Shown here: positions 9,969-20,510 of the stretch, piece after piece | How positions within the stretch are numbered: position 1 is the stretch's first letter | Layout of the letters: every line of letters begins with the position of its first letter | NCBI GenBank assembly: GCA_041891055.1 | Contig: CP169075.1 | Coordinates: 52,001-116,000 of the forward strand | Direction of reading: 5' to 3' | Length of the DNA: 64,000 nucleotides | Source of the DNA: Halorutilales archaeon Cl-col2-1 | GTDB taxonomy: Archaea; Halobacteriota; Halobacteria; Halobacteriales; Afararchaeaceae | The notes under the pieces: generated by a model | Databases searched by the model: none | Told to the model about the DNA's origin: nothing | What the model saw: only the letters and a program-made list of their open reading frames with translations | Position numbers and translations under genes: made by a program

Positions 9969-10478
9969 AGGCGGAGTCCCCGTTCAGAAATCTCAGATTT
10001 CTGAGCCCGCGAGATCGGAGATCTCGGGACGTCCTCAAGGAGTGTTGCGAATCAGAGATTCGCATACGTATGAAAATCTCCGATTTTCAACACACCGCAG
10101 TCCGCTTACGCGGACAAGAAGCGCAGTAGGGCGGGGAGGAAGCCGTATACTTATTGGACTTCGGATATTACCTATAAGTACGTCCATCCGAGCCAACAGT
10201 TGTTCGGATGGATGGGCACCAGTCAACGTCTCCAGATCTTTGATCTGGATGGCTCGGAAATCGGAGATTTCCGAACGTGCCCCGAAGTCCGGAACAATGA
10301 CCCTGAGTGCGGTTCGACCGCCCACGCAGTACGGAACGGTACTGCGGTCGAGGGAGAGAACACGGACAAGCCCCGTTCGTGAATCGAAGATTCACGAGCA
10401 TGCTGAGGGAACCTCAGCATACGCCCTCCACGAGCGAGTGGGCGCAAGCCCCGAGCGAAGTAGGGCGGGGTTGTTGAC
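9969..10478 (+). mobile_element. Non-autonomous IS200/IS605 element with several inserted twin-hairpin units
   Basis: Left-end hairpin GGCGGAGTCCCCG..TCCTCAAGGAG..AGTAGGGCGGGGAGGAAGCC; right end AGCCCCG..CCCT..AGTAGGGCGGGGTTGTTGAC; no credible ORF. Confidence 0.7.
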
Positions 10479-10608
10479 CCATGCTTGACTACTCGGTCTA
10501 AGTGATTCACTCAATGGTTCTCGTTATGCACTTAGAACTACATATGAGAATAAGATAAGTATTAATTGTATAAAAAAGCTTAATCAGTTTCATTTCTATT
10601 TAGCTAAT

Positions 10609-13600
10609 ATGTCTGATATACAAGGGCAAATTAAGGATGCCCGAGAGGATCTCCTTGATATGTCTTTACGAAATAGATTACTTAATTTTAAGGAGTATAA
10701 AAAGAGCACGGCAAAAATAGTTAATGAGCTTCCTTCTGAAGTTTACCAACACCTAGTTATTGATCGAAATAAGATGTTATTTTTACCTCAGGGAGAAACT
10801 CTAACTTACGAGGAAATATTACCTGATATAGAAGATATTATTCAAGTTATAGAACATGATAAAACTTGTCGTCTTTGTCAAAGTGAGCCCGAAGTAATTG
10901 ATGATAAAACTGGGTTTCTAGAAGATATTAACTCTGTACAGGGTGGGGATCATGGATACGGACTGCCTATAAAAGAAATAAATGAATTATCGGATTTAAC
11001 AGAAACTGATTCAGATAGAAGAGAAGAATATTCAAATAGATACCTCCAAACACCTCATAAAGAATCAAACCTCCAAAACCGTCTATACAGTATAACAAAA
11101 GACTCTGAAGCTCTTATCGAAGATGCTGGATATAATGCTTTATATCTCGCTGTCGGGTTTCTTAAATGGAGAGAAGCAGAAGCACAGGAAGGATCTCACA
11201 AAGCTCCTTTGATTCTAATACCTGTTAAGATGGAGAGAGGTGGAGTTCGTTCTGATTTTAGCCTACAGTGGAATGGTGAAGAAATTACTGGTAATCTATC
11301 ATTAGATCTTAAGCTTTCTGAACAAGGGTTTGATCTTCCCGAGTTTACTAAGCCTGAAGAGAAAATCGAAATAAAAGAGTATTTAGAACTAATCGACGAA
11401 AATATCTCTGATTTTGATGGATGGGAAGTACTACCTGAAATACAGTTGGGCTTCTTTGACTTTACAAAGTTCCTGATGTATCAGGATCTAGATCCAGATA
11501 ATTGGCCTTCTAATCAGAAACCATCTAACCATCCATTATTAAAAGGAATACTCGATAATGAGGAAACTCTATCTAATCCTGAGCGGTTTAATGAAGAAAA
11601 AATAGATGAAAAACTATCCCCAGTAGATGTCCACAACGTTAAGGACGCAGATCCAAGCCAGATATCTGTAATTGAAGACGTAAAAAGAGGTAGAGACCTA
11701 GTGGTTGAAGGCCCACCTGGAACTGGTAAATCTCAGACTATAGTGAATATGATTGCTGAGCTTCTATCTGAAGATAAGAAAATACTTTTTGTCTCTGAAA
11801 AGATGGCTGCACTAAATGTTGTTAAAAATAGGCTTGACTCTGTTGGGATAGGTGACTTTTGCCTTGAACTTCACAGCGAAGAAGCAAATAAGTCAAAGGT
11901 TCTAAACGAATTGGAACGAGTATCTAAACTTAGTATTGAAGATCCCCATATACCTAAAGAGACCTTTCATAAGCTAGAGAGAAAACGTAAGAAGTTAGAT
12001 GAATATTCTGATGCACTTGGGTCTCCATTTGGTGAATTGAATAAAACTCCATATCAGCTATTCGGCGAAAAAGAAGAAGCATATCAGCATTTTGAAGAAA
12101 TTGGGAAAGATTTTCCTAAAATAGATATATCTAATGCAGAATCTCTATCGCCACAGGAACATACTGAATCTTTGAATACTATTAAAGAATTAAATAGCCG
12201 CCTCAAAAAAGTGCATCCTATTGAGGATAATCCTTGGTATGGATGCCATCCCGGCCAAATATTGCCTGATGAAAGAAAAGAAATAGAGGAGCTTTTACGA
12301 AATAGCACAAATTCATTAGATGAAATTAAAAAGATTAATGAGGGACTTGAGGAAGACTTCGGAGTGAAACGAGCCTCAACATTAAATGAGCTTGATAAAA
12401 GTATTGAAACTATTGAAATACTTGCTGAAGATTGGGATGTTGAACAAGAGACCCTACAGAAACCTGTTTGGAGAGATAATCCAGAAAAGGCTATGGAATT
12501 AGTAAATGATGTAGAAGAATTTCAAGATCTTCGAAGTAATCTAAGTGGGAGGGTAACTATTTCTTCAACTGAAAGTCCAGAGGAACGAATATCTAAGTAC
12601 AATAATCTACACTCCTCTTTCAAAGAATGCCTCCGCCCAGCTTGGAATGATCTAGAAATATCAGATAGACCAGAAGATATAGACGCAAAGATTGAGAGTA
12701 TTAGCGAATCAATTGATGATATTCGTAAATGGGAAAAGAGTATAAGAGAAAGTATACATACTCATAAAGCAAATAATCTTGCAGATCTTCATAATCTAAT
12801 TAAAATTACAAAACCAATCTCTGAGAGTATAAATATCCATGAAGAATTAATACGAGATTCTACCTGGAACGAAATGCCTGCTGAGGTAGAATCACTAACA
12901 GAAAAAATTGAGAAGAAAAGAAAAATTCAGAATGATGTTGGTAAAAGAGTAGATACTGAACGAATTGATAGAGATCTACCTGATTTACTCACCCGCTATA
13001 GGGAATTAAGCAGCTCATACACTAGATTTGTTCAACTGGAATGGTACAATATTAAGAGTGAAATTTCGGATCTTTATATGGGGGATGTACCTAGTAAAAG
13101 TAAGAAGATAGAGAAAGATATTGAGGAGTTAATGAAATTAGATAATTTAAAAGAAGAGTTGCAAGACTATGATGGAGAAGGTCAATATTTGTTAGAACCA
13201 GTTTGGAATGGAGTAGATACAACCCCCGAGGAGATTAGAGAGTTTTCAGAGTGGATGCTTGAGATACGTAAGGGAATTAAACGGGATCTTATTACGGAAG
13301 ATACTATTAAAATAATATCTGAAAGTAATACAAAGTATAATTTAGATATAGCTGAAGGAGAGCAAAAAATAGAAAATTTGGAGGGAGGGTTTGAGTATCT
13401 TAGTAGACTAGGTTTAAACTCAAGGAAGATATTTGAAAAAGCATCTGACGATAATGGATTAAACCATGTTTCTTTTGAGTCAATTAATCCTGTGATAAAT
13501 ATATTACAAGATATTTCAGACATTTATGTAGAAAAGGTTCCAAATGTAGTAAATAAGGTTGATAGTGACATTCAGGATTTAATTAAACTCAATGAAAAAA

Positions 13601-16299
13601 GAAAAAATATAAATAAGTCTTCGGGCGGTGACTCCTTTGGGCATATTTGGGAGGGTGAAAATAGTGATATAGAACAATTAAAAGAATTCTATGACTGGAT
13701 GTCAAAATTTGCTCAAAAACTTGATCAAGGAGAATTAACGGAAAAATCTGTAGAAGTATTTTCAAATAATTCGATGGATAGCGAGATTGAAGAGAATAAA
13801 CAAGCAATAAATAAATATAAAGATGATTTTGATGGATCAATTAGGGAACTCGATAAAAAGCTTCAGATATCTTCTGAGGAAGTTTGGGGTAGTGATATAT
13901 ATGAAGTAGAACTCGACTCTATTTCATCTAAATTAAAGACGCTTGAAAAGTCCTCTGAAGATCTAGAAACCTGGTCGAATTTCGATTATACAAGGAAAAG
14001 CACCCGTGACACTATAGCTGAACCAGTAGTTGAACTAGTTAATGAAGGAAAGCTAGCTCCTGAAGATATTGTCCCTTGCTTCAAGGGTAATTTAGCAGAT
14101 AGTCTCCTAACTTCAGTGCTAAAAGAGAGAGAGATATTAGCTCAGTTTGATGAAGAACTCCATGAAGATCGAATTAGAGACTTTCAAGAGCTAGATAGAA
14201 AAAGCATTAAAATTAACCGTAAACGGGTTATCTCTAAGCTGATAGAAAATAAACCACAATTGATGCAAGGAGCATCTAAATCTAGCCCTGTAGGCACACT
14301 ATTACATGAATTTGGAAAAGAAAGACTGCATAAGCCGATACGGGTACTTCTGCAAGAAGCTGGAGATCTAATTCAGGATCTAAAACCTTGTTTCATGATG
14401 AGCCCACTTAGCGTGGCTAAATACTTCGATCCAGGAACAATTGACTTTGATGTTGTTATTTTTGATGAAGCAAGCCAAGTACGTCCAGAAGATGCAATTG
14501 GTACTATACTTCGAGGTGATCAGCTTGTACTTTTTGGAGATACAAAACAACTTCCACCAACTAGTTTCTTTGATAATGTAACAGAGCCTCAAGACTCCGA
14601 TGAGAAATGGGAATTCAAAATGAAAAATGTTGAAAGCATATTGGATCTCTGTCGATCCTCATTACCCTCTAGACGTTTAAAATGGCATTATAGAAGTCGT
14701 CATGAATCACTCATAGCAGTCTCAAACGAGGAATTCTACGACAATGAGCTTGTAGTATATCCATCCCCTATCCAAGACTCTGAAGACCTTGGATTAGAAT
14801 TCAGACATCTCCCCGATACCACGTATGATAGAGGAGGGAGTAGTACAAATAGAGAAGAAGCTAGAAAAGTTGCCGAGGCTGCTATTCAACACTATCAGGA
14901 CAATCCATCAAAGAGTCTAGGAATAGGAACGTTTAGCCAAAAGCAACAAAATGCAGTACTGGAAGAGGTTGAAAGACTAAGAAAGGAAAATCCAGAAATG
15001 GATAAGTACTTCTCTCATGACCAAGAGGAGAATTTCTTTGTTAAGAATCTTGAAAGAATCCAGGGAGATGAAAGAGACGTCATTTTCATAAGTGTTGGTT
15101 ATGGGCGTGACTCAGACGGTAAATTACATAATAACTTCGGGCCGCTAAACCAAGACGGTGGATGGAGACGCCTAAATGTATTGATCACACGAGCTAGAGA
15201 GCGTTGTGTTGTGTTTTCAAATTTTACTGCAGACGAATTAGATGTGAAGTCATCTAGCTCAAGAGGCGTTAAAAGCTTTAAAACATTCTTAGACTATGCT
15301 GAGAATGGAAATCTTAGGTCAATTACCGAAGCTGGTAAAGACCCTGAATCACCTTTTGAAAGAAGTGTAATAAAATTCCTTCAAGAGGAAGGATATGAAG
15401 TACATCCTCAAGTAGGAAGTGCGGGTTTTAGAATAGACCTAGCTATTGCAGATCCAGAAAATCCTGGAAGATATGTTTTAGGAATAGAATGTGATGGGGC
15501 ATCTTATCACTCATCACCTGTAGCACGTGAACGTGATAGACAAAGGCAAGAGATATTGGAAGACAGAGGATGGGATATATATCGAATTTGGTCAACAGAC
15601 TGGTATAGAAATCGTGATAGAGCGAAGGAAAGCCTTGTTGAAGAAGTTGAGAAAGCACTCAACAGAGGCGCATTAACAGTGTCTTCAGATATGAACTCAA
15701 AAATAGAAGAAGATTCTGAAATAACCGAATTAGAAGATACTGAGGGATCGGATACATTCTCTTTAGAGGAATTGTCGACAAAATACGAAAAAACTCAGAA
15801 TATAGGCAAAATAAACCTGAGTAATCATAATCCTGGAGAATTATATTCACCTATTGAAGAAATAATTAAAACAGAATCGCCAATTCATACAGATCTTCTT
15901 ATTCATAGACTCGTATCCAACTCAGATGTTAGTCGGGCAGGAACGAAGATCCAAGAAACAATAAAAAAAGCAGCGGATCGGCTATCAAGGAATGATAAGA
16001 TAGAGAAGAATGGAGAGTTTTTGTACTATAAGGACAAAGAAATTGAAGTCCGAGAGCGCAAGAGTAAAAGGCTAAAAGATATAGAATGGATATCGGAGGA
16101 AGAAATTGAAAAAGGGATAAGAAAGATACTTCAGAATGAGATTGAGACGTCTAAAGACGATTTAATCAAAGAAACTTCTAGGTTATTCGGGTTTGGAAGA
16201 ACTAGTCAAGCCGTCTCAGATAGAATATCAGAGATAGTTGACAGTCTTCATTCATCAAAAAAGATAGAAGAAGAAAATGGCAAGTTACGCTTAAAGTGA
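10609..16299 (+). CDS. Hhe-type defence protein: DUF4011 - SF1 helicase - Vsr/DUF559-like nuclease - DUF3320
   Basis: LLDMSLRNRLLNF, GPPGTGKSQTI, FDEASQV, GDTKQLPPTSFF, WHYRSRHESLI, RRLNVLITRAR, RIDLAI..GIECDGASYH..RIWSTDW; visibly AT-rich. Confidence 0.9.
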   Translation: MSDIQGQIKDAREDLLDMSLRNRLLNFKEYKKSTAKIVNELPSEVYQHLVIDRNKMLFLPQGETLTYEEILPDIEDIIQVIEHDKTCRLCQSEPEVIDDKTGFLEDINSVQGGDHGYGLPIKEINELSDLTETDSDRREEYSNRYLQTPHKESNLQNRLYSITKDSEALIEDAGYNALYLAVGFLKWREAEAQEGSHKAPLILIPVKMERGGVRSDFSLQWNGEEITGNLSLDLKLSEQGFDLPEFTKPEEKIEIKEYLELIDENISDFDGWEVLPEIQLGFFDFTKFLMYQDLDPDNWPSNQKPSNHPLLKGILDNEETLSNPERFNEEKIDEKLSPVDVHNVKDADPSQISVIEDVKRGRDLVVEGPPGTGKSQTIVNMIAELLSEDKKILFVSEKMAALNVVKNRLDSVGIGDFCLELHSEEANKSKVLNELERVSKLSIEDPHIPKETFHKLERKRKKLDEYSDALGSPFGELNKTPYQLFGEKEEAYQHFEEIGKDFPKIDISNAESLSPQEHTESLNTIKELNSRLKKVHPIEDNPWYGCHPGQILPDERKEIEELLRNSTNSLDEIKKINEGLEEDFGVKRASTLNELDKSIETIEILAEDWDVEQETLQKPVWRDNPEKAMELVNDVEEFQDLRSNLSGRVTISSTESPEERISKYNNLHSSFKECLRPAWNDLEISDRPEDIDAKIESISESIDDIRKWEKSIRESIHTHKANNLADLHNLIKITKPISESINIHEELIRDSTWNEMPAEVESLTEKIEKKRKIQNDVGKRVDTERIDRDLPDLLTRYRELSSSYTRFVQLEWYNIKSEISDLYMGDVPSKSKKIEKDIEELMKLDNLKEELQDYDGEGQYLLEPVWNGVDTTPEEIREFSEWMLEIRKGIKRDLITEDTIKIISESNTKYNLDIAEGEQKIENLEGGFEYLSRLGLNSRKIFEKASDDNGLNHVSFESINPVINILQDISDIYVEKVPNVVNKVDSDIQDLIKLNEKRKNINKSSGGDSFGHIWEGENSDIEQLKEFYDWMSKFAQKLDQGELTEKSVEVFSNNSMDSEIEENKQAINKYKDDFDGSIRELDKKLQISSEEVWGSDIYEVELDSISSKLKTLEKSSEDLETWSNFDYTRKSTRDTIAEPVVELVNEGKLAPEDIVPCFKGNLADSLLTSVLKEREILAQFDEELHEDRIRDFQELDRKSIKINRKRVISKLIENKPQLMQGASKSSPVGTLLHEFGKERLHKPIRVLLQEAGDLIQDLKPCFMMSPLSVAKYFDPGTIDFDVVIFDEASQVRPEDAIGTILRGDQLVLFGDTKQLPPTSFFDNVTEPQDSDEKWEFKMKNVESILDLCRSSLPSRRLKWHYRSRHESLIAVSNEEFYDNELVVYPSPIQDSEDLGLEFRHLPDTTYDRGGSSTNREEARKVAEAAIQHYQDNPSKSLGIGTFSQKQQNAVLEEVERLRKENPEMDKYFSHDQEENFFVKNLERIQGDERDVIFISVGYGRDSDGKLHNNFGPLNQDGGWRRLNVLITRARERCVVFSNFTADELDVKSSSSRGVKSFKTFLDYAENGNLRSITEAGKDPESPFERSVIKFLQEEGYEVHPQVGSAGFRIDLAIADPENPGRYVLGIECDGASYHSSPVARERDRQRQEILEDRGWDIYRIWSTDWYRNRDRAKESLVEEVEKALNRGALTVSSDMNSKIEEDSEITELEDTEGSDTFSLEELSTKYEKTQNIGKINLSNHNPGELYSPIEEIIKTESPIHTDLLIHRLVSNSDVSRAGTKIQETIKKAADRLSRNDKIEKNGEFLYYKDKEIEVRERKSKRLKDIEWISEEEIEKGIRKILQNEIETSKDDLIKETSRLFGFGRTSQAVSDRISEIVDSLHSSKKIEEENGKLRLK

Positions 16300-16485
16300 A
16301 ATAAGCGTATGTCATGGATAGGATAAGAAAGGTGGAGTAAAAACACGCTTCATGGGGTTAGTACCAATCTTCGCCCATCTGTGGTAGTGAATATTCAACG
16401 CTAATTCTAGCTATACTTGGCTATTCAGTCTGGTGAATCTACTGGGATGACTAAATAGTACTGTAGAGAACGTGTCATAGAATAG

Positions 16486-16768
16486 GGCTCTGGTGAATCA
16501 CTAGACTGCGTTGGATCAAGCCACTAATTCAAAGGAGATGAAGCGGGAAGTCTCCAATGTCATGTCCAAAATTTCCCGTTTTGGAACGCTTGCGTTCCAA
16601 CATATGTGAATCGAAGATTTTCAGCTGACGAAGCTATGCTTCGTGAAGCCGTGCGTGCGCGTGCCTGGTACAGAGAATTTCGTGAACTCGTCCTGATCTG
16701 CTCTGTCTATAATATCAAACATGTCGTAAAACAGTAAATCAAGCTACGTATGGCGATTCACCAAAGCC
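16486..16768 (+). mobile_element. Internally deleted IS5-family derivative (MITE) of the element at 19430-20508
   Basis: TIRs GGCTCTGGTGAATC / GATTCACCAAAGCC; both arms align to the longer copy. Confidence 0.85.
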
Positions 16769-16890
16769 ATCAGAACCATTCTGAAGAGTTCTGGGTCATA
16801 GTAGATTAAGAGCCAGAAAGTGAGTAAAGTGCGGGTCGGTTCTATTAGAAATAACGAGAGCTATATAAGGAGTCATGATAACTACGCAAT

Positions 16891-17850
16891 ATGCCAATTC
16901 TAAAAGAATATGCTGACTCCAACGAAAAGAATGGGTACTACGTCCATGCACATATTTCTGACCGAAACCATCCATTACCTCTACAAACTCCAAAAGTTAC
17001 CAGAAAGATCTACAGTGAACTTGGATACGAACCAACCAAACAAGGGCCAAATGGGGGTGTACAAGTACCCCATGATCTGACTTGGACCCTCTATAATGTT
17101 GGACTACACTGGACCGAAAATTCTGCATCTCAAGGAGATCCTTCAGAACTTGATTCTGATAACCTTCGCAAAGCAGCACAACCAGATTTGACAGAAGAGG
17201 ATATCGAATCAATACTTGAATTCGGAGAAGACTACACGGGTCAATATCAGTCCCAAGTTAGAGATCTTTTGGATGAGTTCTCTAGAGAAGGGCCTACAGA
17301 AACCGACCGTTACTTTGTAACGGAGCTATATGAAGCATCAAAGTCGTTCGGATACCTGATTAGACAGGTATTAGACAGCGACAAGATGGATACAAATGCA
17401 AAGACAAGGGAGTGGGAGTCACGCGTGAGCGAGTTCACCAGTAAAACTGGTGAACTTCAACTCGAAACGCCGGTAGCAGTCTCGGATTACCGTGAAAAGC
17501 ACGGTAAGAACGAAGTAGCGAACGTTCTATCTAACTACGAAGCGATAGATGTGGAACATCTATCCGAAGAGGAACGTGAACTACTCACTAATCACGAAGT
17601 GATTAGTGAGGACTCGGAGTTCTACATCCCCGTTTCACCAGAAACGGGTGAACGACTTCCGGTGTCACCGAGGACTCAAGAAGACCTCGAAGACGCGACC
17701 AAACTCCTAAAGGAGTTTGATCTTGAGGTTCCTGAGTCCGAGTCTACTGACTCAGAGATTAACGGGGATATCGAAGACCTCGCAAAGCACATAGCACTTC
17801 ATACAAGTGCTAATCTCGAAGAAGCCGAAGAAATCCTCGAAAGCTTCTGA
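16891..17850 (+). CDS. Hypothetical acidic protein (319 aa)
   Basis: Long ORF with halophilic composition; TATA-like CTATATAAG ~25 bp upstream. Confidence 0.7.
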   Translation: MPILKEYADSNEKNGYYVHAHISDRNHPLPLQTPKVTRKIYSELGYEPTKQGPNGGVQVPHDLTWTLYNVGLHWTENSASQGDPSELDSDNLRKAAQPDLTEEDIESILEFGEDYTGQYQSQVRDLLDEFSREGPTETDRYFVTELYEASKSFGYLIRQVLDSDKMDTNAKTREWESRVSEFTSKTGELQLETPVAVSDYREKHGKNEVANVLSNYEAIDVEHLSEEERELLTNHEVISEDSEFYIPVSPETGERLPVSPRTQEDLEDATKLLKEFDLEVPESESTDSEINGDIEDLAKHIALHTSANLEEAEEILESF

Positions 17851-17942
17851 AAACGTCTGAGTAGCCGCCCTCCTGCTTTTTAATCATGCCCTGTTAGGGT
17901 TATGCCTGATAATATCAGCGAGCTATTATCTAAAGGATAGAC

Positions 17943-18381
17943 AGCGCGAGTTCCCCGCCCTTCCGAAAACCGCAGGTTTTCGGCTTTCGCAAATCTTTGA
18001 TTTGCGTCAACACCGTGGGCGGGGGTGAAGCGCGTGCGCTTGGCCACGTCCCTGCTTTTAAGTATCGGGACGCCCTACTATGATTTGGAACCCCACGTTA
18101 TCGGCCTCGCAAAACCCGCGCACCTGACGGGTAAGACGCGGTGCGCCGGGCCTGTGTCGCGCCCACGTGAAGGGGCGGACGCCCACGGACACACCCGCCA
18201 CGGCAGCAACAGACGACCTCTGTTGCGGTGGCATTCCCGGTGTGTTCGGGTGTTACCGGTTCCACGCGAGTCCCCGCTGGGGACGAGCGCGGGCGGAATT
18301 AAATTCGCCACCGGTCGTTTCGCTGGGCTCGTGCCAGAGACCACAGCGAAGCCACGGGCCACCGCGCCCGTGGTACTTCAC
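17943..18381 (+). mobile_element. Non-autonomous IS605-type element enclosing a TATA box and ~300 nt of GC-rich structured sequence (possible stand-alone omegaRNA)
   Basis: Left hairpin GCGAGTTCCCCGCCC..GGGCGGGGGTGAAGCGCG, TTTTAAGTA at ~18055, right end GAAGCCACGGGC..GCCCGTGGTACTTCAC. Confidence 0.55.
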
Positions 18382-18616
18382 GTGTGCGGAAGTTATTACG
18401 TGGTAGAAAATGACCGATATACTGTAGGGCGGAACTTTTGATACCCTTGATTAACTGTTACCACAATTGCAGACGTAGAAAACGAAAACGACCGGTTCAG
18501 ATATCTATACAATCTATCATCCAGAGTGTATCACTATCCCAGTCTCTGAGTATAAATTAATACCGCCCCCGACAACCACCTATACTTTATATGTTAAAAG
18601 AACAACTTACTCGTGA

Positions 18617-19351
18617 ATGTTCGAGGCTAGCATCAACGCTGGAGTGCTCCAGTCCGGATTAGATACGGTAGAGAACCTCGTCGACGAGTGTAAGGTTCGT
18701 CTCAAAGAGGATGAACTCTCGATACAAGCTGTGGATCCAGCGAACGTCGGTATGGTCGATCTCTCTATACCTGCTGAGTCTTTCGAGTCCTACAACGGAG
18801 ACAACGAAGTGATCGGTCTCAACATAGAACGTTTCATGGATATCATCGGGATGGCGAACAAAGACGACACGATAGATCTTGAACTCGATCCCGAAACTCA
18901 CAAACTCAAGATACACGTCGAGGGACTGCATTATACTCTTAGTCTTATAGATGCTGACGCTGTTCGACAGGAGCCCGATGTCCCGGATCTAGATCTATCA
19001 AGTGAAGTTGTTGTGGCTGGTAGACAGATAGACCGTGGTGTAAAAGCATCAGGTATGGTGAGTGACCATCTGGAGTTAGGTGTCAACGGTAACTTCTACA
19101 TGCACGCTGAAGGAGACACAGACGACGTGCGTATCGATCTAGATGAGGAGGAGGTTGTTGATCTAGAGGGTGATGACGCACGTTCTATGTTCTCTCTTGA
19201 CTACTTAGAGGACATGTCGAAGGCTATACCCAAAGACGCTCAAGTCAGGATGGAGTTAGGTATCGATCATCCGACTAAGATGCATTTTGATGTCGGGGAT
19301 GGTTCGGCTGATGTTACGTATCTACTAGCTCCTAGGATTGAGAATGAATAG
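18617..19351 (+). CDS. pcn: DNA polymerase sliding clamp (PCNA)
   Basis: 244 aa; QAVDPANVGMVDL, SMFSLDYLEDM, TYLLAPRIE. Confidence 0.95.
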   Translation: MFEASINAGVLQSGLDTVENLVDECKVRLKEDELSIQAVDPANVGMVDLSIPAESFESYNGDNEVIGLNIERFMDIIGMANKDDTIDLELDPETHKLKIHVEGLHYTLSLIDADAVRQEPDVPDLDLSSEVVVAGRQIDRGVKASGMVSDHLELGVNGNFYMHAEGDTDDVRIDLDEEEVVDLEGDDARSMFSLDYLEDMSKAIPKDAQVRMELGIDHPTKMHFDVGDGSADVTYLLAPRIENE

Positions 19352-19380
19352 AACTCTCCAGAGCGGGGGTGGATTGTTGG

Positions 19381-19412
19381 TGTTAAGCTGAGTCAGGTGA
19401 CTCAGGTTAACA
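19381..19412. repeat. Palindrome B (32 bp)
   Basis: TGTTAAGCTGAGTCA-GG-TGACTCAGGTTAACA, preceded by CTCCAGAGCGGGGG, ~30 bp after the pcn stop. Confidence 0.9.
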
Positions 19413-19429
19413 GTGATTTACAATCCAAG

Positions 19430-20508
19430 GGCTTTGGTGAATCGCCATACGTAACTTGATTTACTGTTTTACGGCATGTTTGATGTTGTAGACAGAGCAG
19501 ATCAGGACGAGTTCACGAAACTCTCTGTACCAGGCACGCGCACGCACGGCTTCACGAAGCATAGCTTCGTTAGCTGAAAATCTTCGATTTTAAGCAGTGC
19601 CGAGCGTGCGCTTGATGTTTGAGAAGACGGTTTCAGACATGGATCTTTGACCATAGAGAGACCCATCGACCCTGGTGTCGCAAATCTGAGATTTGCGTAC
19701 ATCCAAAAATCAGAGATTTTTGAATATGCTGTGTACCTGATCGATGGGTCGGAACTCACGGTGTTTGGTGAGTTGTCTTACGTCTTCTTCTCGTAATTTT
19801 TCACGTAGTTTCATCCAGTCATAGCCTTTGTCGGCAGCGAGGGTATGCAGGTCACCTGCGTTCCGCAGTGCGACCTGCAAGCCGAGCTGAGTATCATGGC
19901 GTTTCTCAGTCGTGCAGTGAAGGTCAAGGACTGCTTGAGTTTCTGTGTCGACGAGGGCTGTAGCTTTGAGTGTCTGGACACGGTAATCCGTCCTACGGCA
20001 GTAGTGTTTGCTAGCGTTTTCTCGGTCGAAGTAAGTAGAGTCCATAGCAGTGTGACCGGTGTTGTCATGTAGTTCCGAGGAGAGACGGAGAAGTACTCTC
20101 CATACACCCATCTCTATCCTATCGAATGCTTTGACTAGGGTTGAATGGTGAGGGAGATCGTCCTCTTCGAGGCCGATCTCCTCAAGGATTCTTGGCATCT
20201 CGCTCAACAGATCGAGTGCTTCTCGGTAGGATTTCTCCAAGTAAATCCGTAGACAGTGGAGAGAAACGATGGCGTAATCCGCGAAGCCGCCACCCTGCTC
20301 TGGGGCGGCGGCTTCGCTCCGACCACCAACAGCGTTTTTAGCTAATGTCACGACTCTATCAGTGAAGTGCTGTGAATCGAAGATTCACATGCGTTGGAAC
20401 GCTTGCGTTCCAAAACGGGAGATTTTGGACATGTCACCGAAAACTTCCCGCTTCATCTCCTTTGCATTAGTGGCTTAATCCAACGCAGTCTAGTGATTCA
20501 CTAGAGCC
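19430..20508 (-). mobile_element. IS5-family element; transposase pseudogene (19461-20432) interrupted by three 45-51 bp twin-hairpin insertions
   Basis: TIRs; MSKISR|FTDRVVTLAKNA, AMDSTYFDR, LAADKGYDW, ETVFSNIKRTLG; insertions at ~19551-19595, ~19678-19728, ~20367-20415. Confidence 0.9.
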
Positions 20509-20510
20509 TA

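Noticed and set aside
9916-10510. 190-aa and overlapping ORFs (likewise 18025-18441, 55022-55465 and the C-terminal part of 5989-6438)
   Set aside because: Arg/Ser-rich non-halophilic translations across IS ends and hairpins
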